Positions 28,821-38,633 of a stretch of DNA of 47,295 bases are shown here, one piece after another. Every line of letters starts with the position of its first letter. Position 1 is the stretch's first letter. The notes beneath the pieces were generated by a model, which was not told the origin of the DNA, did no database searches, and saw only the letters and a program-made list of their open reading frames with translations. A program made the position numbers and the translations under genes. This stretch comes from Candidatus Rifleibacteriota bacterium (GTDB lineage Bacteria; Muiribacteriota; Ozemobacteria; Ozemobacterales; Ozemobacteraceae): the NCBI GenBank assembly GCA_051747585.1, contig JBNJGH010000014.1, positions 1-47,295 on the forward strand. The letters are read 5' to 3'.

Positions 28821-30602
28821 ATGATTTCGAAGATAAACCAGGGTGTAAGGTATTTTATACCCTGGTTTGTTTTTTTAGTTCTGCCTTTTGTTTATTTTAT
28901 ATCTGAGGCCTACGCGGTCTTTTTGTTTGAAATTTTTGTTGCTCTTACGGCGATTGTTTACAGCCTGCAACAAAAAAGTTTCAAAATAAAACGGCTGAGT
29001 ATAACTCTTTTTGTTTTTATTGCAGCCTGGGGATTGTTAGCTGCCAGGTCTGTATGGGTATCAGTAGATTATTCAACCAGTGTCAGTTCATTAATAAAGC
29101 TGCTTTGTTTGTTTATGTTAATTTACGTAACCTATAATTCTGCAAAAAGCGACGACCATTTTTATACCAACTGCTTTAACGCAGCTTTAGCAAGCGGAAT
29201 CATACATTCAATTATTGCCATATCAGAATATATTGAAGCAGCGCCTGTTCCGGCGACCTGGCTTGATCCTGCTCTTAAAGAATATTTACGAACAAGATGC
29301 GCAGGTATTTTTACTGACCCTAATATTTTTGGCGCTTTTCTTTCTTTTATTTTTGTTCTTGTGATGACAAAACTTTTAATTGCAGAAAAGACGCAAGCCA
29401 GAATTCTATTTTCAGTTGGTTTATTGATCTCGGGCATAGCAATTCTTACCACTTTGAGTCGTGGAAGCTGGATATCACTTGGCTGCGCCCTTATTTACCT
29501 GTTCATATTTAATTTTAAAAATAAACAGATTAATTCAACTTCAGCACGCATCACTTATTTTATAATAGTGCTTATTGGCCTAATTACAATTCTTGGCCCC
29601 TTTAGATACCGAGTTTTCAGCATTGTTAAAACCGGCGATATGACTATAGCGCAAAGATCGCTCATTTTTAAAAGTATTGTTAACAATTTTACCGCTGTTC
29701 CAATAACAGGTTATGGGCTGCATACCTTCAACCAGATTTACCCACAATATCGACTCGTTGGTGGTGATTATCCGATGAATGCCCATAACGAGCTGTTACA
29801 CTCAACTCTTGAAACCGGAATTCTTTCGGCAACTCTTCAACTGACTATCTTTTTATTTCTTTTTTTCAAGGCAAGCACAGCCTTTAAATTTAAGGCCGAT
29901 ATAATTAGAAGCTCTTTTACTGCTTGTTTTTTGCTGTTTTTTATTCATAATTTATCAGGTTTTTCTGCACGAATTTTGCCCACTGCTGCGCTGGTATCAT
30001 TTAGCACAGCAATTGTAGCGACAATAAAAGGGAAGTTGCTTCGACTACCGGCCGGGTTAATAACTATATTTAAGCTGCTGGTACTGTTTGTTGCTCTGTT
30101 ATGTTTGAGCAGGGGTTTGACAGACTTTAGAGTAAAACTGCTGTTAGAGCAGACCGATCATCTGCTTGCGGCGCAAAATTACAAACCTGCACTAAGCACC
30201 CTGAACAAAGCAATCGAACTGCAGCCAACCAATGCTATTTTACACGCTCGAAAAAGTAGTATTTTTGCTGCAACAGGAAGTTTGGAAAAAGCAAAACAAG
30301 AAATTGATCAAGCTAAAAACCTTAACCCGGAAGAAGCCCTTTACTGGGTTTACAGCGCAAGACTGGCTCAAAGAAATTCTTTAAAAGAAGCAGAAAAATT
30401 TTATAAAAAAGCAATTGAGCTCGACCCTGCTTCAGAGCTTTTTCGGCTCGAATTCGCGCAATTTTATATTAAAAAGAACGAGATTGATAAAGGATTGCAA
30501 CAGCTAGATCAGGCCCTTAAGTTTTCTCCGGGGTATCATGAGGTTTACACCAACTATCTTAAAATAGAAAAGCTGCACCAATATTTACAAAGCAAAGATT
30601 AA
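28821..30602 (+). CDS. O-antigen ligase family (Wzy_C) protein with C-terminal TPRs
   Basis: About 12 TM segments; RCAGIFTDPN, TLSRGSW, GYGLHTF, NAHNELL..LETGI; TPR motifs (KAIELQP, KAIELDP). Confidence 0.88.
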   Translation: MISKINQGVRYFIPWFVFLVLPFVYFISEAYAVFLFEIFVALTAIVYSLQQKSFKIKRLSITLFVFIAAWGLLAARSVWVSVDYSTSVSSLIKLLCLFMLIYVTYNSAKSDDHFYTNCFNAALASGIIHSIIAISEYIEAAPVPATWLDPALKEYLRTRCAGIFTDPNIFGAFLSFIFVLVMTKLLIAEKTQARILFSVGLLISGIAILTTLSRGSWISLGCALIYLFIFNFKNKQINSTSARITYFIIVLIGLITILGPFRYRVFSIVKTGDMTIAQRSLIFKSIVNNFTAVPITGYGLHTFNQIYPQYRLVGGDYPMNAHNELLHSTLETGILSATLQLTIFLFLFFKASTAFKFKADIIRSSFTACFLLFFIHNLSGFSARILPTAALVSFSTAIVATIKGKLLRLPAGLITIFKLLVLFVALLCLSRGLTDFRVKLLLEQTDHLLAAQNYKPALSTLNKAIELQPTNAILHARKSSIFAATGSLEKAKQEIDQAKNLNPEEALYWVYSARLAQRNSLKEAEKFYKKAIELDPASELFRLEFAQFYIKKNEIDKGLQQLDQALKFSPGYHEVYTNYLKIEKLHQYLQSKD

Positions 30603-30649
30603 TTTTAATTCAGCTTTAAAACCTATATTGCCGATATTATTTCAGAATC

Positions 30650-33600
30650 ATGCAGCAAAAAATAATAAAGGCAACAATCCTTCTCCTCATTCTATTGCCG
30701 GCATCACTGACTGCGGCGATGGATTTTATTTTTGAAGAAAAACTTTCAGACTCGTTGAAGCGTGCTGAAAAGCTATATGCTGAGCGACAATGGGATGAAA
30801 CGATGAACGTTGCCCGTGGAATAATCAAAGATGCACCCTCTGATTACGCTGGCGCAAGAAGGGCCAAAGATTTACTGATTCTAGCCCTGGATGGCAAAAA
30901 TAAAGAGCTTCTTAGCAAACACAATGCAAAACAAAAACAAACATCTAAAAAGAAGGCCCGGGAGTATATAAAAGAAGGAACAAAGTATCTTGGGGCTAAA
31001 CGTTTTTCTGGAGCGGCAGAAAACTTCAGCAAAGCTCTTAAATTATCTTCACAGGATTCGGAAACCTATTTTCTTGCCGGGTTTGCCCATTTAAAAGCCG
31101 GTAACAAGAAATCTGCTTACAAAGCATTTCGAAAATGCCTTGAATTAAATGAGCACCATTTAAAAGCTCTCTTTCATATTACCGGTTTGGGCTATCAGTT
31201 TAAAAGAAATCAGGAGGCCGAAAAATACGCCTCAATTCTTATACAGAGAATAATAAAAAAAATAAAAGAGCTTGAAGAAATTTTTTATGCCCAAAAAGAA
31301 CAGCAACTAAATGACAAAGCAATCGAAACAGCAAGAAAAATTTCTTCATTAAAACAAAACCTCGGACAAGCATCTTATATGCACGGCATTTTAAACGCTA
31401 ATCGGGGTAATCATAAAAAAGCGATAAAATCCTTTAACAGAGCCAGTAAAATAAATTCAACCTCTCCTGAAATCTGGCTTCAACTGGGTAAAAGTCTGCT
31501 AAAAGAAAAGATTTACCACCAGGCAAGCCTTGCAATCGAGCAATCTATTTTTATAAGAGAAACTCGATTTAAAGAAATACGAAATAAAGCAGGCATACTA
31601 CTGGATGAAGGCAAGAACGATGCAGCAGTGAAAGCGGAATTAAAAGCAAGAAAGTTAAAAGAAGAGCTTGCTGAATCGCTTTACACTATGGCAATTGCAA
31701 ATGCGAAGAAACGAGAAACAGAAGTTGCTCTTGATAACATCGAAAAAGCAATCGAATATAAACCAGACTTTATTCAGGCTCGCTATGCAAAGGCTGTTTT
31801 ACTTGCAGAAAAGAACCACCTCGATGAAGCGCTGGCAGAGATGAAAGTAGTTCTTAAACGAGCAAAACCCAAAAGCAAGCAGGCCAGAAAAGCAATAAAG
31901 ACCATAACCAGAATTATGGATATGAAGGTTAAGCAGGATAATCCACAAATTACTGCTGTAGAGGAAGAAAAAGAAAAGGTTACCGATGTTCATAAATATG
32001 TAAAAGATATGCCCGGCATTGGCGGCAAAAAGCAAGAATCTCAGCTACAGGATGTATTTCCTCAAATGAAGGAAATTAGAAAACTCTTTGTTATGAGAAA
32101 TTATTCTGAAGCCATTAGAAGACTGCTGTATTTAAAAAGCAAGCATCCTGATATTGCAGAGGTGCATGCAATTCTTGGTCAATGCTATATGGAGCAGGGA
32201 CGTTTAAAAGACGCAAAAAACTGTTTCGAAAAAGCAATCGAGATAGACCCGCATCACAGCGAATCTCTGGCAAATTACGCCTACATTTTAGCTACAATTG
32301 AGGAGGAGTTGCCCAAAGCACTGAAAATGGTAAATAAAGCTCTTGAAAAGAATGATTTCAAGGCAGAATTTCACCACACAAAAGGCTGGGTTCTTTTTAA
32401 AACGGGGGAAGTTAAAAAATCAATTGTTTCATTCTTAAAAGCAGTAGAAATAAAACCTGACTATGTATTGGCAAGATACAACTTAGGTCTTGCCTTTTAT
32501 ATTAGACATAGTCACGATAAGGCTCTCGATGCATTTGAGCAGGTTCTGGCGGTAAACCCGGCTCATCATAAAGCAAGGCTTTTCAAAGCGATCTGCCTGG
32601 CGAAACAAAATAAAGCCGACAAATCGCTTCTGGCACTCGAAGCTCTGAGGGAAAAGCTACCTGAAGATTCAACCTTAAACAAAGTTGTAGGTGACCTACA
32701 TGCACGTATAAAACTTGCAGCTTCGCGAAAAGCTGACCTGCCGGTGCCTGAAATTAAGTCTCCGGCACCAATTGAAAAACTACTGGCAGAAGCTGCACAG
32801 TATAGAAAAGACGGTCTGGTAACTTTTGCCAAAGAAAAATATCTCGAATGCCATCGACTTGCTCCGAAACGCTATGAGCCTTACTACGAACTCGGAGAAA
32901 TGTATGCTGCGGCAGGTCTGAACAAACCTGCTCTCAGAGCATGGAAAAAAGCCGAAAAACTTGCTCCGGAAAATTTTGAACTGGAGCTGAATCTTGGAAA
33001 AATTTTACACAAACTCGGACAAAAAGCAGAAGCACAAAAACGCTTCAATAACGCCCTTACCCTCGATGACAAAAATCCTGAACCTCGATATTATCTGGGA
33101 TTGATTTCTTATGAAGAACAGAACTATGAATCTGCCGAAAGTTATGCACTTGCCGCTTTGAGACAAAAACGCAAGTTTTACAAAGCTATGGCCTTGCTTG
33201 GCATGGCAAGAATAAAATTAAATCGGCTTAAACCCGCTCGAGACATATACGAAACCCTTTATGCTCAAGCCCCTTCAGGCTCTTCAATCAAGCGTCACGC
33301 CAGAAAAAAAATCTGGGAATTGACCAGAATGATGTCACCAGCAAAATACCCCTCGGTTGAAGACGCCATGCAGGTCAAAAAGCAAATGGTAACTAAAGTT
33401 ACCCAGGCTGATTCAGACAAAAAGATAAAACCAGATAGTAAAGAAGCCGCAGCAATCAAAGAATATGGGGCCAACACCATGACCGTAGATGATAAAATGT
33501 GGGTATTGAGCCAGCTCGAAAAATTTTCTACAATACCGACCCCCTCGCCTTCTGCCCCATTGCGACCAAAAATTACTCAGGCCACTATGGATAACAAAGA

Positions 33601-34375
33601 AAAACGGTGGCTGGTCAAAAATTTACAAAAATTCAGCTCACAGAATAACAAATATGCTCTGCCGCCAAAAATAGAAGTGAGCAAATATTCTCTTGAAACT
33701 ACGACCAAAGAAAAAGAACGACCAATGGATCCATCTGACAAACTGAATCTGGCGGCTATTGAAAAAGCCGAAAAAGGCCTGGTTAAAGAAGCTCTGGATA
33801 AATTGCAACAAGCACGAAACATTTCACCAACCAATCTCGAAGTTCTTATAAATCTTGGTTATCTGAATATGATAATGGGCAACTTTAAAAACGCATTCGA
33901 CGCCTTTGCCAAAGCAACGGTTGAACATCCTGAAAACCCTCTGCCAAGACTTGCGCTGGGCAACCTTTACTGGCTTGGAGGAAAGGCTGAAAAGGCCATC
34001 GAAAGCTGGAAAAAATCAAATAAAAAAATTGTAATTAACCAGCAATACAATTTAATTGCCCGTTCAGAAAAAATCTGGAAAAGAATGCTTGAAATAAACC
34101 CACTCGACGCAGATGCGCATTCAAACCTGGGTCTGGTCTATCTGTTTTCAGGTCGTCCTAGAAATGCATTAACAGAATTCCAGGCAGTCTTAAAAATAGA
34201 CGATGCAAGAACCGAACATAAATTCTATGCAGCCCAATGCTACGTTATAATGTATTTAGATAAAAAGAATAAAAAAATGAAAGAACAGGCCCGCACGATT
34301 TTAGCTGGTCTGCAAAAGAAACCCGATCCATTCCCTCACGCAGAAAAACTTTCCGGCTACATAAAGAAATTATGA
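30650..34375 (+). CDS. Large exported tetratricopeptide repeat protein
   Basis: Signal peptide; many TPR units (e.g. FEKAIEIDPHH, ARYNLGLAFY, AHSNLGLVY). Confidence 0.9.
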   Translation: MQQKIIKATILLLILLPASLTAAMDFIFEEKLSDSLKRAEKLYAERQWDETMNVARGIIKDAPSDYAGARRAKDLLILALDGKNKELLSKHNAKQKQTSKKKAREYIKEGTKYLGAKRFSGAAENFSKALKLSSQDSETYFLAGFAHLKAGNKKSAYKAFRKCLELNEHHLKALFHITGLGYQFKRNQEAEKYASILIQRIIKKIKELEEIFYAQKEQQLNDKAIETARKISSLKQNLGQASYMHGILNANRGNHKKAIKSFNRASKINSTSPEIWLQLGKSLLKEKIYHQASLAIEQSIFIRETRFKEIRNKAGILLDEGKNDAAVKAELKARKLKEELAESLYTMAIANAKKRETEVALDNIEKAIEYKPDFIQARYAKAVLLAEKNHLDEALAEMKVVLKRAKPKSKQARKAIKTITRIMDMKVKQDNPQITAVEEEKEKVTDVHKYVKDMPGIGGKKQESQLQDVFPQMKEIRKLFVMRNYSEAIRRLLYLKSKHPDIAEVHAILGQCYMEQGRLKDAKNCFEKAIEIDPHHSESLANYAYILATIEEELPKALKMVNKALEKNDFKAEFHHTKGWVLFKTGEVKKSIVSFLKAVEIKPDYVLARYNLGLAFYIRHSHDKALDAFEQVLAVNPAHHKARLFKAICLAKQNKADKSLLALEALREKLPEDSTLNKVVGDLHARIKLAASRKADLPVPEIKSPAPIEKLLAEAAQYRKDGLVTFAKEKYLECHRLAPKRYEPYYELGEMYAAAGLNKPALRAWKKAEKLAPENFELELNLGKILHKLGQKAEAQKRFNNALTLDDKNPEPRYYLGLISYEEQNYESAESYALAALRQKRKFYKAMALLGMARIKLNRLKPARDIYETLYAQAPSGSSIKRHARKKIWELTRMMSPAKYPSVEDAMQVKKQMVTKVTQADSDKKIKPDSKEAAAIKEYGANTMTVDDKMWVLSQLEKFSTIPTPSPSAPLRPKITQATMDNKEKRWLVKNLQKFSSQNNKYALPPKIEVSKYSLETTTKEKERPMDPSDKLNLAAIEKAEKGLVKEALDKLQQARNISPTNLEVLINLGYLNMIMGNFKNAFDAFAKATVEHPENPLPRLALGNLYWLGGKAEKAIESWKKSNKKIVINQQYNLIARSEKIWKRMLEINPLDADAHSNLGLVYLFSGRPRNALTEFQAVLKIDDARTEHKFYAAQCYVIMYLDKKNKKMKEQARTILAGLQKKPDPFPHAEKLSGYIKKL

Positions 34376-35307
34376 ATAAAAACTTTTTACTGACATCTTT
34401 TATAATTATTAAGCTTTTAATGCTTTCGCCATCTTGTTTCGCTCAATATCAGAGTGCAGGCGATTACGAAATCTATTCAATCGGGCCTGAAATTGAAGTC
34501 AGCAAAGCAGATAAAACAGAAAAAAAGTTGTTTACCCTGACTGCTCGTAATTCAATTAACTCAGAAGGGCTGGGCGGTTTTTTTGTCGCAAATACCGCAG
34601 ACAAATTAGAAAAAGGGAACCTGATTGTTTCTTCGCGATACAAGTTTCATAATCTAACCAGTAGTAAAGGCACAAGTTATTACTGGTCTGAGGATGGGGA
34701 AGTATCAACGTTAGAAACTTCAATGACCTGGGTCGGAGATTGGGCAGAATGGGCCGTTACCGTTCCCGTTCATGACTGGAGTTTGAGTGCACCACGGACT
34801 TATGGTGGTTACGCAGCATCTGACGCAGGACTTGGCAATATGAAAATAAGTTGGAAGGCCACCTATCTTCCAGATAAAAGCTATTACCGGTTTGCTTATG
34901 GTACCAGTGCCACAATTACAACCGGCAACCCTGACAATATGTTGCCCACAGGTTCAAAAAATGCAGATGAACTTAAAATTTTCGGCTGTGTGACCACCAG
35001 CGAAACCGACAAAGCTACTGCCAACCTTGAACTGGGTGGAGTTGTAGATTCTGAAACCGAAGACGATAGATTTATTTACAGAGGCGGAATGAGTTATGAA
35101 GCAGCCGAAAGGGTTTCGTTGATCGGAGAACTGGCGGGAGAGGTTCTGGGCGGTGACGACAAAGACACTCTCGACATGGTTCTAGGCATGCGAATAAAAG
35201 TAAATGAAACCTGGAATCTGGAATTTGCCTATTACAAGAATCTTCGCACTTACAGGGAATACGGCTGGGAAGATCAATTTCAGGCGGGCTGCAGTATTAA
35301 CTGGTAA
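34372..35307 (+). CDS. Putative outer-membrane beta-barrel protein
   Basis: Signal peptide; alternating aromatic beta-strands; GLGNMKISWKA motif; terminal Trp (AGCSINW); ATGA overlap. Confidence 0.65.
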   Translation: MNKNFLLTSFIIIKLLMLSPSCFAQYQSAGDYEIYSIGPEIEVSKADKTEKKLFTLTARNSINSEGLGGFFVANTADKLEKGNLIVSSRYKFHNLTSSKGTSYYWSEDGEVSTLETSMTWVGDWAEWAVTVPVHDWSLSAPRTYGGYAASDAGLGNMKISWKATYLPDKSYYRFAYGTSATITTGNPDNMLPTGSKNADELKIFGCVTTSETDKATANLELGGVVDSETEDDRFIYRGGMSYEAAERVSLIGELAGEVLGGDDKDTLDMVLGMRIKVNETWNLEFAYYKNLRTYREYGWEDQFQAGCSINW

Positions 35308-35309
35308 TT

Positions 35310-36875
35310 TTAATTAAGCCTACGCTGCAATTCTTCGATCATTTCTTGAGCTACAGCCCATTCTCGAGAATTTTCCGGTGCTCGTTCATACACCTTTTCA
35401 AATTGCATTAGAGCCATTTGCCCTGCGTCCTTATCTCCTTTGGTAATAAGAAGATCTGTATAAGCATTTGCACTCTTCATAAGCATTTTAATATTGTCAG
35501 GTTCGGATTCAAGGCCGACTTTAAGTACGGCAACAGCCTCTTTATGCTTGCCCGACCTGTTTAATCGATCGGCTTCGGAAAGGATTTCTTCAACCGACAT
35601 ATTTTTAACTACAAAATCACTGGCTCTGGGTTTGTCGGGTTCAGCGGTGGCAGCCTGTCTGGCTCGTTCTCTGGCGGCCGCAATTTCGGCACTCTGCTTT
35701 TCTTGAAGAGCTTCCTGTCGTGCAACCATATTTTCGTATCTTTCCACCATTCTTTTGGCTTCCTGTAAAAAGACCTCATCCTTTTTTTCCGGATCTCCCT
35801 GTTCGATGTAAGCTTTTAAGTCAGGTATCGCAAGCTCAAAATTACCGGAAACCGAAATAAAGAACCCTCTGAAAAACAAGCCGTCAGTCATTCGATTCGG
35901 CCGGTCCTGCAAAAACAGCAAAGCTTTTTTAATAAGATTGTTTTCAGGCTCAGAAAGCAGTTCTCTTTCTGCAATAATAGCCCGACAATATAGCTCAATA
36001 GCCCGCTTCATGTTATTTTTTTCCAATGCTGCCATAGCCTGGTTAAATATAGCGGCAGCAGGCCCCTTTCTGTCTGTTCTGACTTTCGCTTTCTTTTTCT
36101 CTTTTTCTTTGCGCTTTTCAATAATTTCAGAAACTTTTGCTGGCTTTTGCAGCTCAATCTTATCCGGCTTGCTTTTAACCACAGGTTTAGTTGATTTTTC
36201 AGGCTTAGCGGCTTCTTCATTGGGATTATAAATTCCCGGTTGAGATTTCTGCCCTTCTACAATGTAGACCATAGATTCTTCAAGCCCGGGAAGTGAGGGA
36301 ACAGTTTCTGACGAACCAGTGTCTGTGAGACTTCTGAGACGATGCAAAGCCTGGGTAAAACCAGGATTGAGCGACAAAGCTTTTCCGTAGCTTTCTCTTG
36401 CTTCCTGCATTCTACCCATGGCTTCGTAGCACAGTCCCATGTTGTAGGGAACCCAGTATGAGTCGGGGTTGATCCTCTCTGCCTGTCGATAGCAATGTAA
36501 ACTATCTCTAAATTGCCCACTTTTCTTATAAAGAATACCGAGATTGTTATAAGCGTGAAAATTGTCGGGGTCGATCCTCAATAGATTAAAGTAAGTTTCC
36601 ACAGCTTTAACAAAATTATTCTTCAAACTATATTCCATAGCCAGATGGAGCATAGCTTCAGTATCACGGGGTTTATCGATCAATCTCTGTTGAAGCTGGT
36701 ATATATTGCCAGAGTTGATTGCCCCTTCGATATTCTGAGTGGAAAAAGCAAGCAATAAAAAACATACCGCAATTACTATAAAACTGCGGCTGTTAACTGT
36801 AGCGAACAGTAAAGCTCTTAAATCTGTCTCAACGAGCTTCGACCAGAAATTTGATTGCTGTTTTTTCGTTTCCAT
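35310..36875 (-). CDS. Tetratricopeptide repeat protein (start uncertain; ATG 36875 overlaps the spoVS 3' end)
   Basis: N-terminal hydrophobic segment; AYNNLGILY, PYNMGLCY and KALSLNP TPRs. Confidence 0.8.
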   Translation of the reverse strand: METKKQQSNFWSKLVETDLRALLFATVNSRSFIVIAVCFLLLAFSTQNIEGAINSGNIYQLQQRLIDKPRDTEAMLHLAMEYSLKNNFVKAVETYFNLLRIDPDNFHAYNNLGILYKKSGQFRDSLHCYRQAERINPDSYWVPYNMGLCYEAMGRMQEARESYGKALSLNPGFTQALHRLRSLTDTGSSETVPSLPGLEESMVYIVEGQKSQPGIYNPNEEAAKPEKSTKPVVKSKPDKIELQKPAKVSEIIEKRKEKEKKKAKVRTDRKGPAAAIFNQAMAALEKNNMKRAIELYCRAIIAERELLSEPENNLIKKALLFLQDRPNRMTDGLFFRGFFISVSGNFELAIPDLKAYIEQGDPEKKDEVFLQEAKRMVERYENMVARQEALQEKQSAEIAAARERARQAATAEPDKPRASDFVVKNMSVEEILSEADRLNRSGKHKEAVAVLKVGLESEPDNIKMLMKSANAYTDLLITKGDKDAGQMALMQFEKVYERAPENSREWAVAQEMIEELQRRLN

Positions 36876-37089
36876 CAATGTCAATTTTTGCAAATGCAAT
36901 CAAAGTTACCAGCTCAATTCCTTTAGGTGCGACATACCCACGGGTAACCGCAATTGATTTGACGGCCTGATTAACTGCACCTGCTCCTACTGCGAGTAAT
37001 TCCACCTGCTTGTCCTGTTCAAGAACAGCAGCGATTGCGCCTGCAACTGATTTTGGGTTCGATGATGATGCGACTCTAAGTATTTCCAT
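36829..37089 (-). CDS. spoVS: Stage V sporulation protein S family (Alba-like)
   Basis: MEILRVASSSNPKSVAGAIA..AVGAGAVNQAVKSIA..RGYVAP..TAIKF; AGGAGAGG SD. Confidence 0.95.
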   Translation of the reverse strand: MEILRVASSSNPKSVAGAIAAVLEQDKQVELLAVGAGAVNQAVKSIAVTRGYVAPKGIELVTLIAFAKIDIDGNEKTAIKFLVEAR

Positions 37090-37131
37090 CCTGAGCCTCT
37101 CCTTTTATCTGGTTTGACCCCTCCACTTAGA

Positions 37132-37161
37132 ATTATAATCAAAATAACCGTACATTTGCAA
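37132..37161 (-). promoter_or_regulatory. Sigma70 promoter of spoVS, overlapped by a palindrome
   Basis: Minus strand TTGCAA-N18-TATAAT; TTTGCAA-N9-TTGCAAA overlaps the -35. Confidence 0.55.
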
Positions 37162-37194
37162 TGTATATTGTTGCAAAGAAGCAAAATAAAAAAT

Positions 37195-37234
37195 AAAAAA
37201 AGGCTTTAAATCGGTAAAGAGTACGATTTAAAGC
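37195..37234 (-). terminator. Terminator after fabF
   Basis: GCTTTAAATCG/CGATTTAAAGC stem with U-tract on the minus strand. Confidence 0.75.
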
Positions 37235-37271
37235 TCTTTGAGCTATATTTTAAATTTATTTTTTATTTATA

Positions 37272-38513
37272 TTATTCAACTCGTCCGATCAACACAGTTG
37301 CATTTTGTCCACCAAAACCAAAAGAATTAACCAAACCAGCCTGGATTTGCTTATCTTTAGCCTTAAGTGGAACAAGATCGAGATCGGCGATCTCATCATT
37401 TGGATTTTCGAGGTTAACAGTTGGATGAATAAAACCATTCTGAATCTGAACGATAGTTGCCACTACCCCCAAAGCACCTGCCGCGCCGAGTAAATGACCA
37501 ATCATAGATTTGGTTGCATTTATTGAAACATTGCAAATATCCTGATCGGCAAAAACTTTTCTTACAGCTTTAAGCTCTGCAAGGTCACCGATTGGTGTGC
37601 TTGTTCCGTGGGCATTTACATAGTTAATTTTTTCAACCGGATAATCTGAGCACTTAATAGCTTTTTTCATTGCCAGATAGCCGCCCAGGCCTTCGGGATG
37701 AGGAGCGGTCAGATGGTGTGCATCTGCACTGGCGCCATAACCAAAGAACTCTGCCAAAGGTTTACTGCCACGTTTTTTCATGCTTTCTTCGCTTTCGAGA
37801 ACTAAAACTCCGGCGCCTTCGCCCATTACAAAGCCATCTCTGTCTTTATCAAAAGGTCTGGAAGCACGTTCGGGCTCGTCATTACGAGAAGAAAGAGCTT
37901 TCATTTTTGCAAAACCCGCTACTGTAAGAGGAGTTATTGCTGCTTCTGCTCCACCACAAACCATAATATCGCATTCACCATGAATTATCTTGTTATAGGC
38001 TTCACCGATACCATGTAAACCTGAAGCGCAAGCCGAAACTACGCAGAAATTCGGACCGTTAAAACCATATTCCATGGCAATACAGCCTGCCGCAATATTG
38101 CAGATCATCATTGGAACCAGAAAAGGGCTTACCCTTCTGGGTCCTTTTCCCTCAATTCGTTCAAACTCGCTCTCAAAGGTATGGATGCCACCTATACCAG
38201 TAGAAACAGTACAGCCGACCCGTTCAGGATCAAAATCCTTCTTTTCTAAGCCGGCCTGTTTAACAGCCATTGAAGCCGCTGACATTGCAAACTGCGAATA
38301 ACGATCATGCCGCCGAATTTCTTTTTTATCCATATAAAGCTCAGGATCAAAATCCTTAACTTCAGAGGCAATCTTAACCGTATGCTGCGAAGCATCAAAA
38401 GTGGTTATTGGACCGATACCGCTTTTGCCCTGTTTTAGACCTTCGCTGAAATTTTCTACGCCAATACCTATAGGGGTAATCGCTCCCAGTCCGGTGACAA
38501 AAACGCGTTTCAT
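37272..38513 (-). CDS. fabF: Beta-ketoacyl-ACP synthase II
   Basis: MKRVFVTGLG start with AGGAGG SD; VSACASG, NAHGTST, KSMIGHLLGAAG, NSFGFGG. Confidence 0.96.
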   Translation of the reverse strand: MKRVFVTGLGAITPIGIGVENFSEGLKQGKSGIGPITTFDASQHTVKIASEVKDFDPELYMDKKEIRRHDRYSQFAMSAASMAVKQAGLEKKDFDPERVGCTVSTGIGGIHTFESEFERIEGKGPRRVSPFLVPMMICNIAAGCIAMEYGFNGPNFCVVSACASGLHGIGEAYNKIIHGECDIMVCGGAEAAITPLTVAGFAKMKALSSRNDEPERASRPFDKDRDGFVMGEGAGVLVLESEESMKKRGSKPLAEFFGYGASADAHHLTAPHPEGLGGYLAMKKAIKCSDYPVEKINYVNAHGTSTPIGDLAELKAVRKVFADQDICNVSINATKSMIGHLLGAAGALGVVATIVQIQNGFIHPTVNLENPNDEIADLDLVPLKAKDKQIQAGLVNSFGFGGQNATVLIGRVE

Positions 38514-38633
38514 GAAATTGGGTCCTCCTGCAATATTATTATAAAAAAAGGTTGTACCAGACTTAACAATTTCAGTCAACATTTAATTGACTATTAGAAA
38601 TAGTTTCAGACCGGCACAACCTTTTCAAGACTT

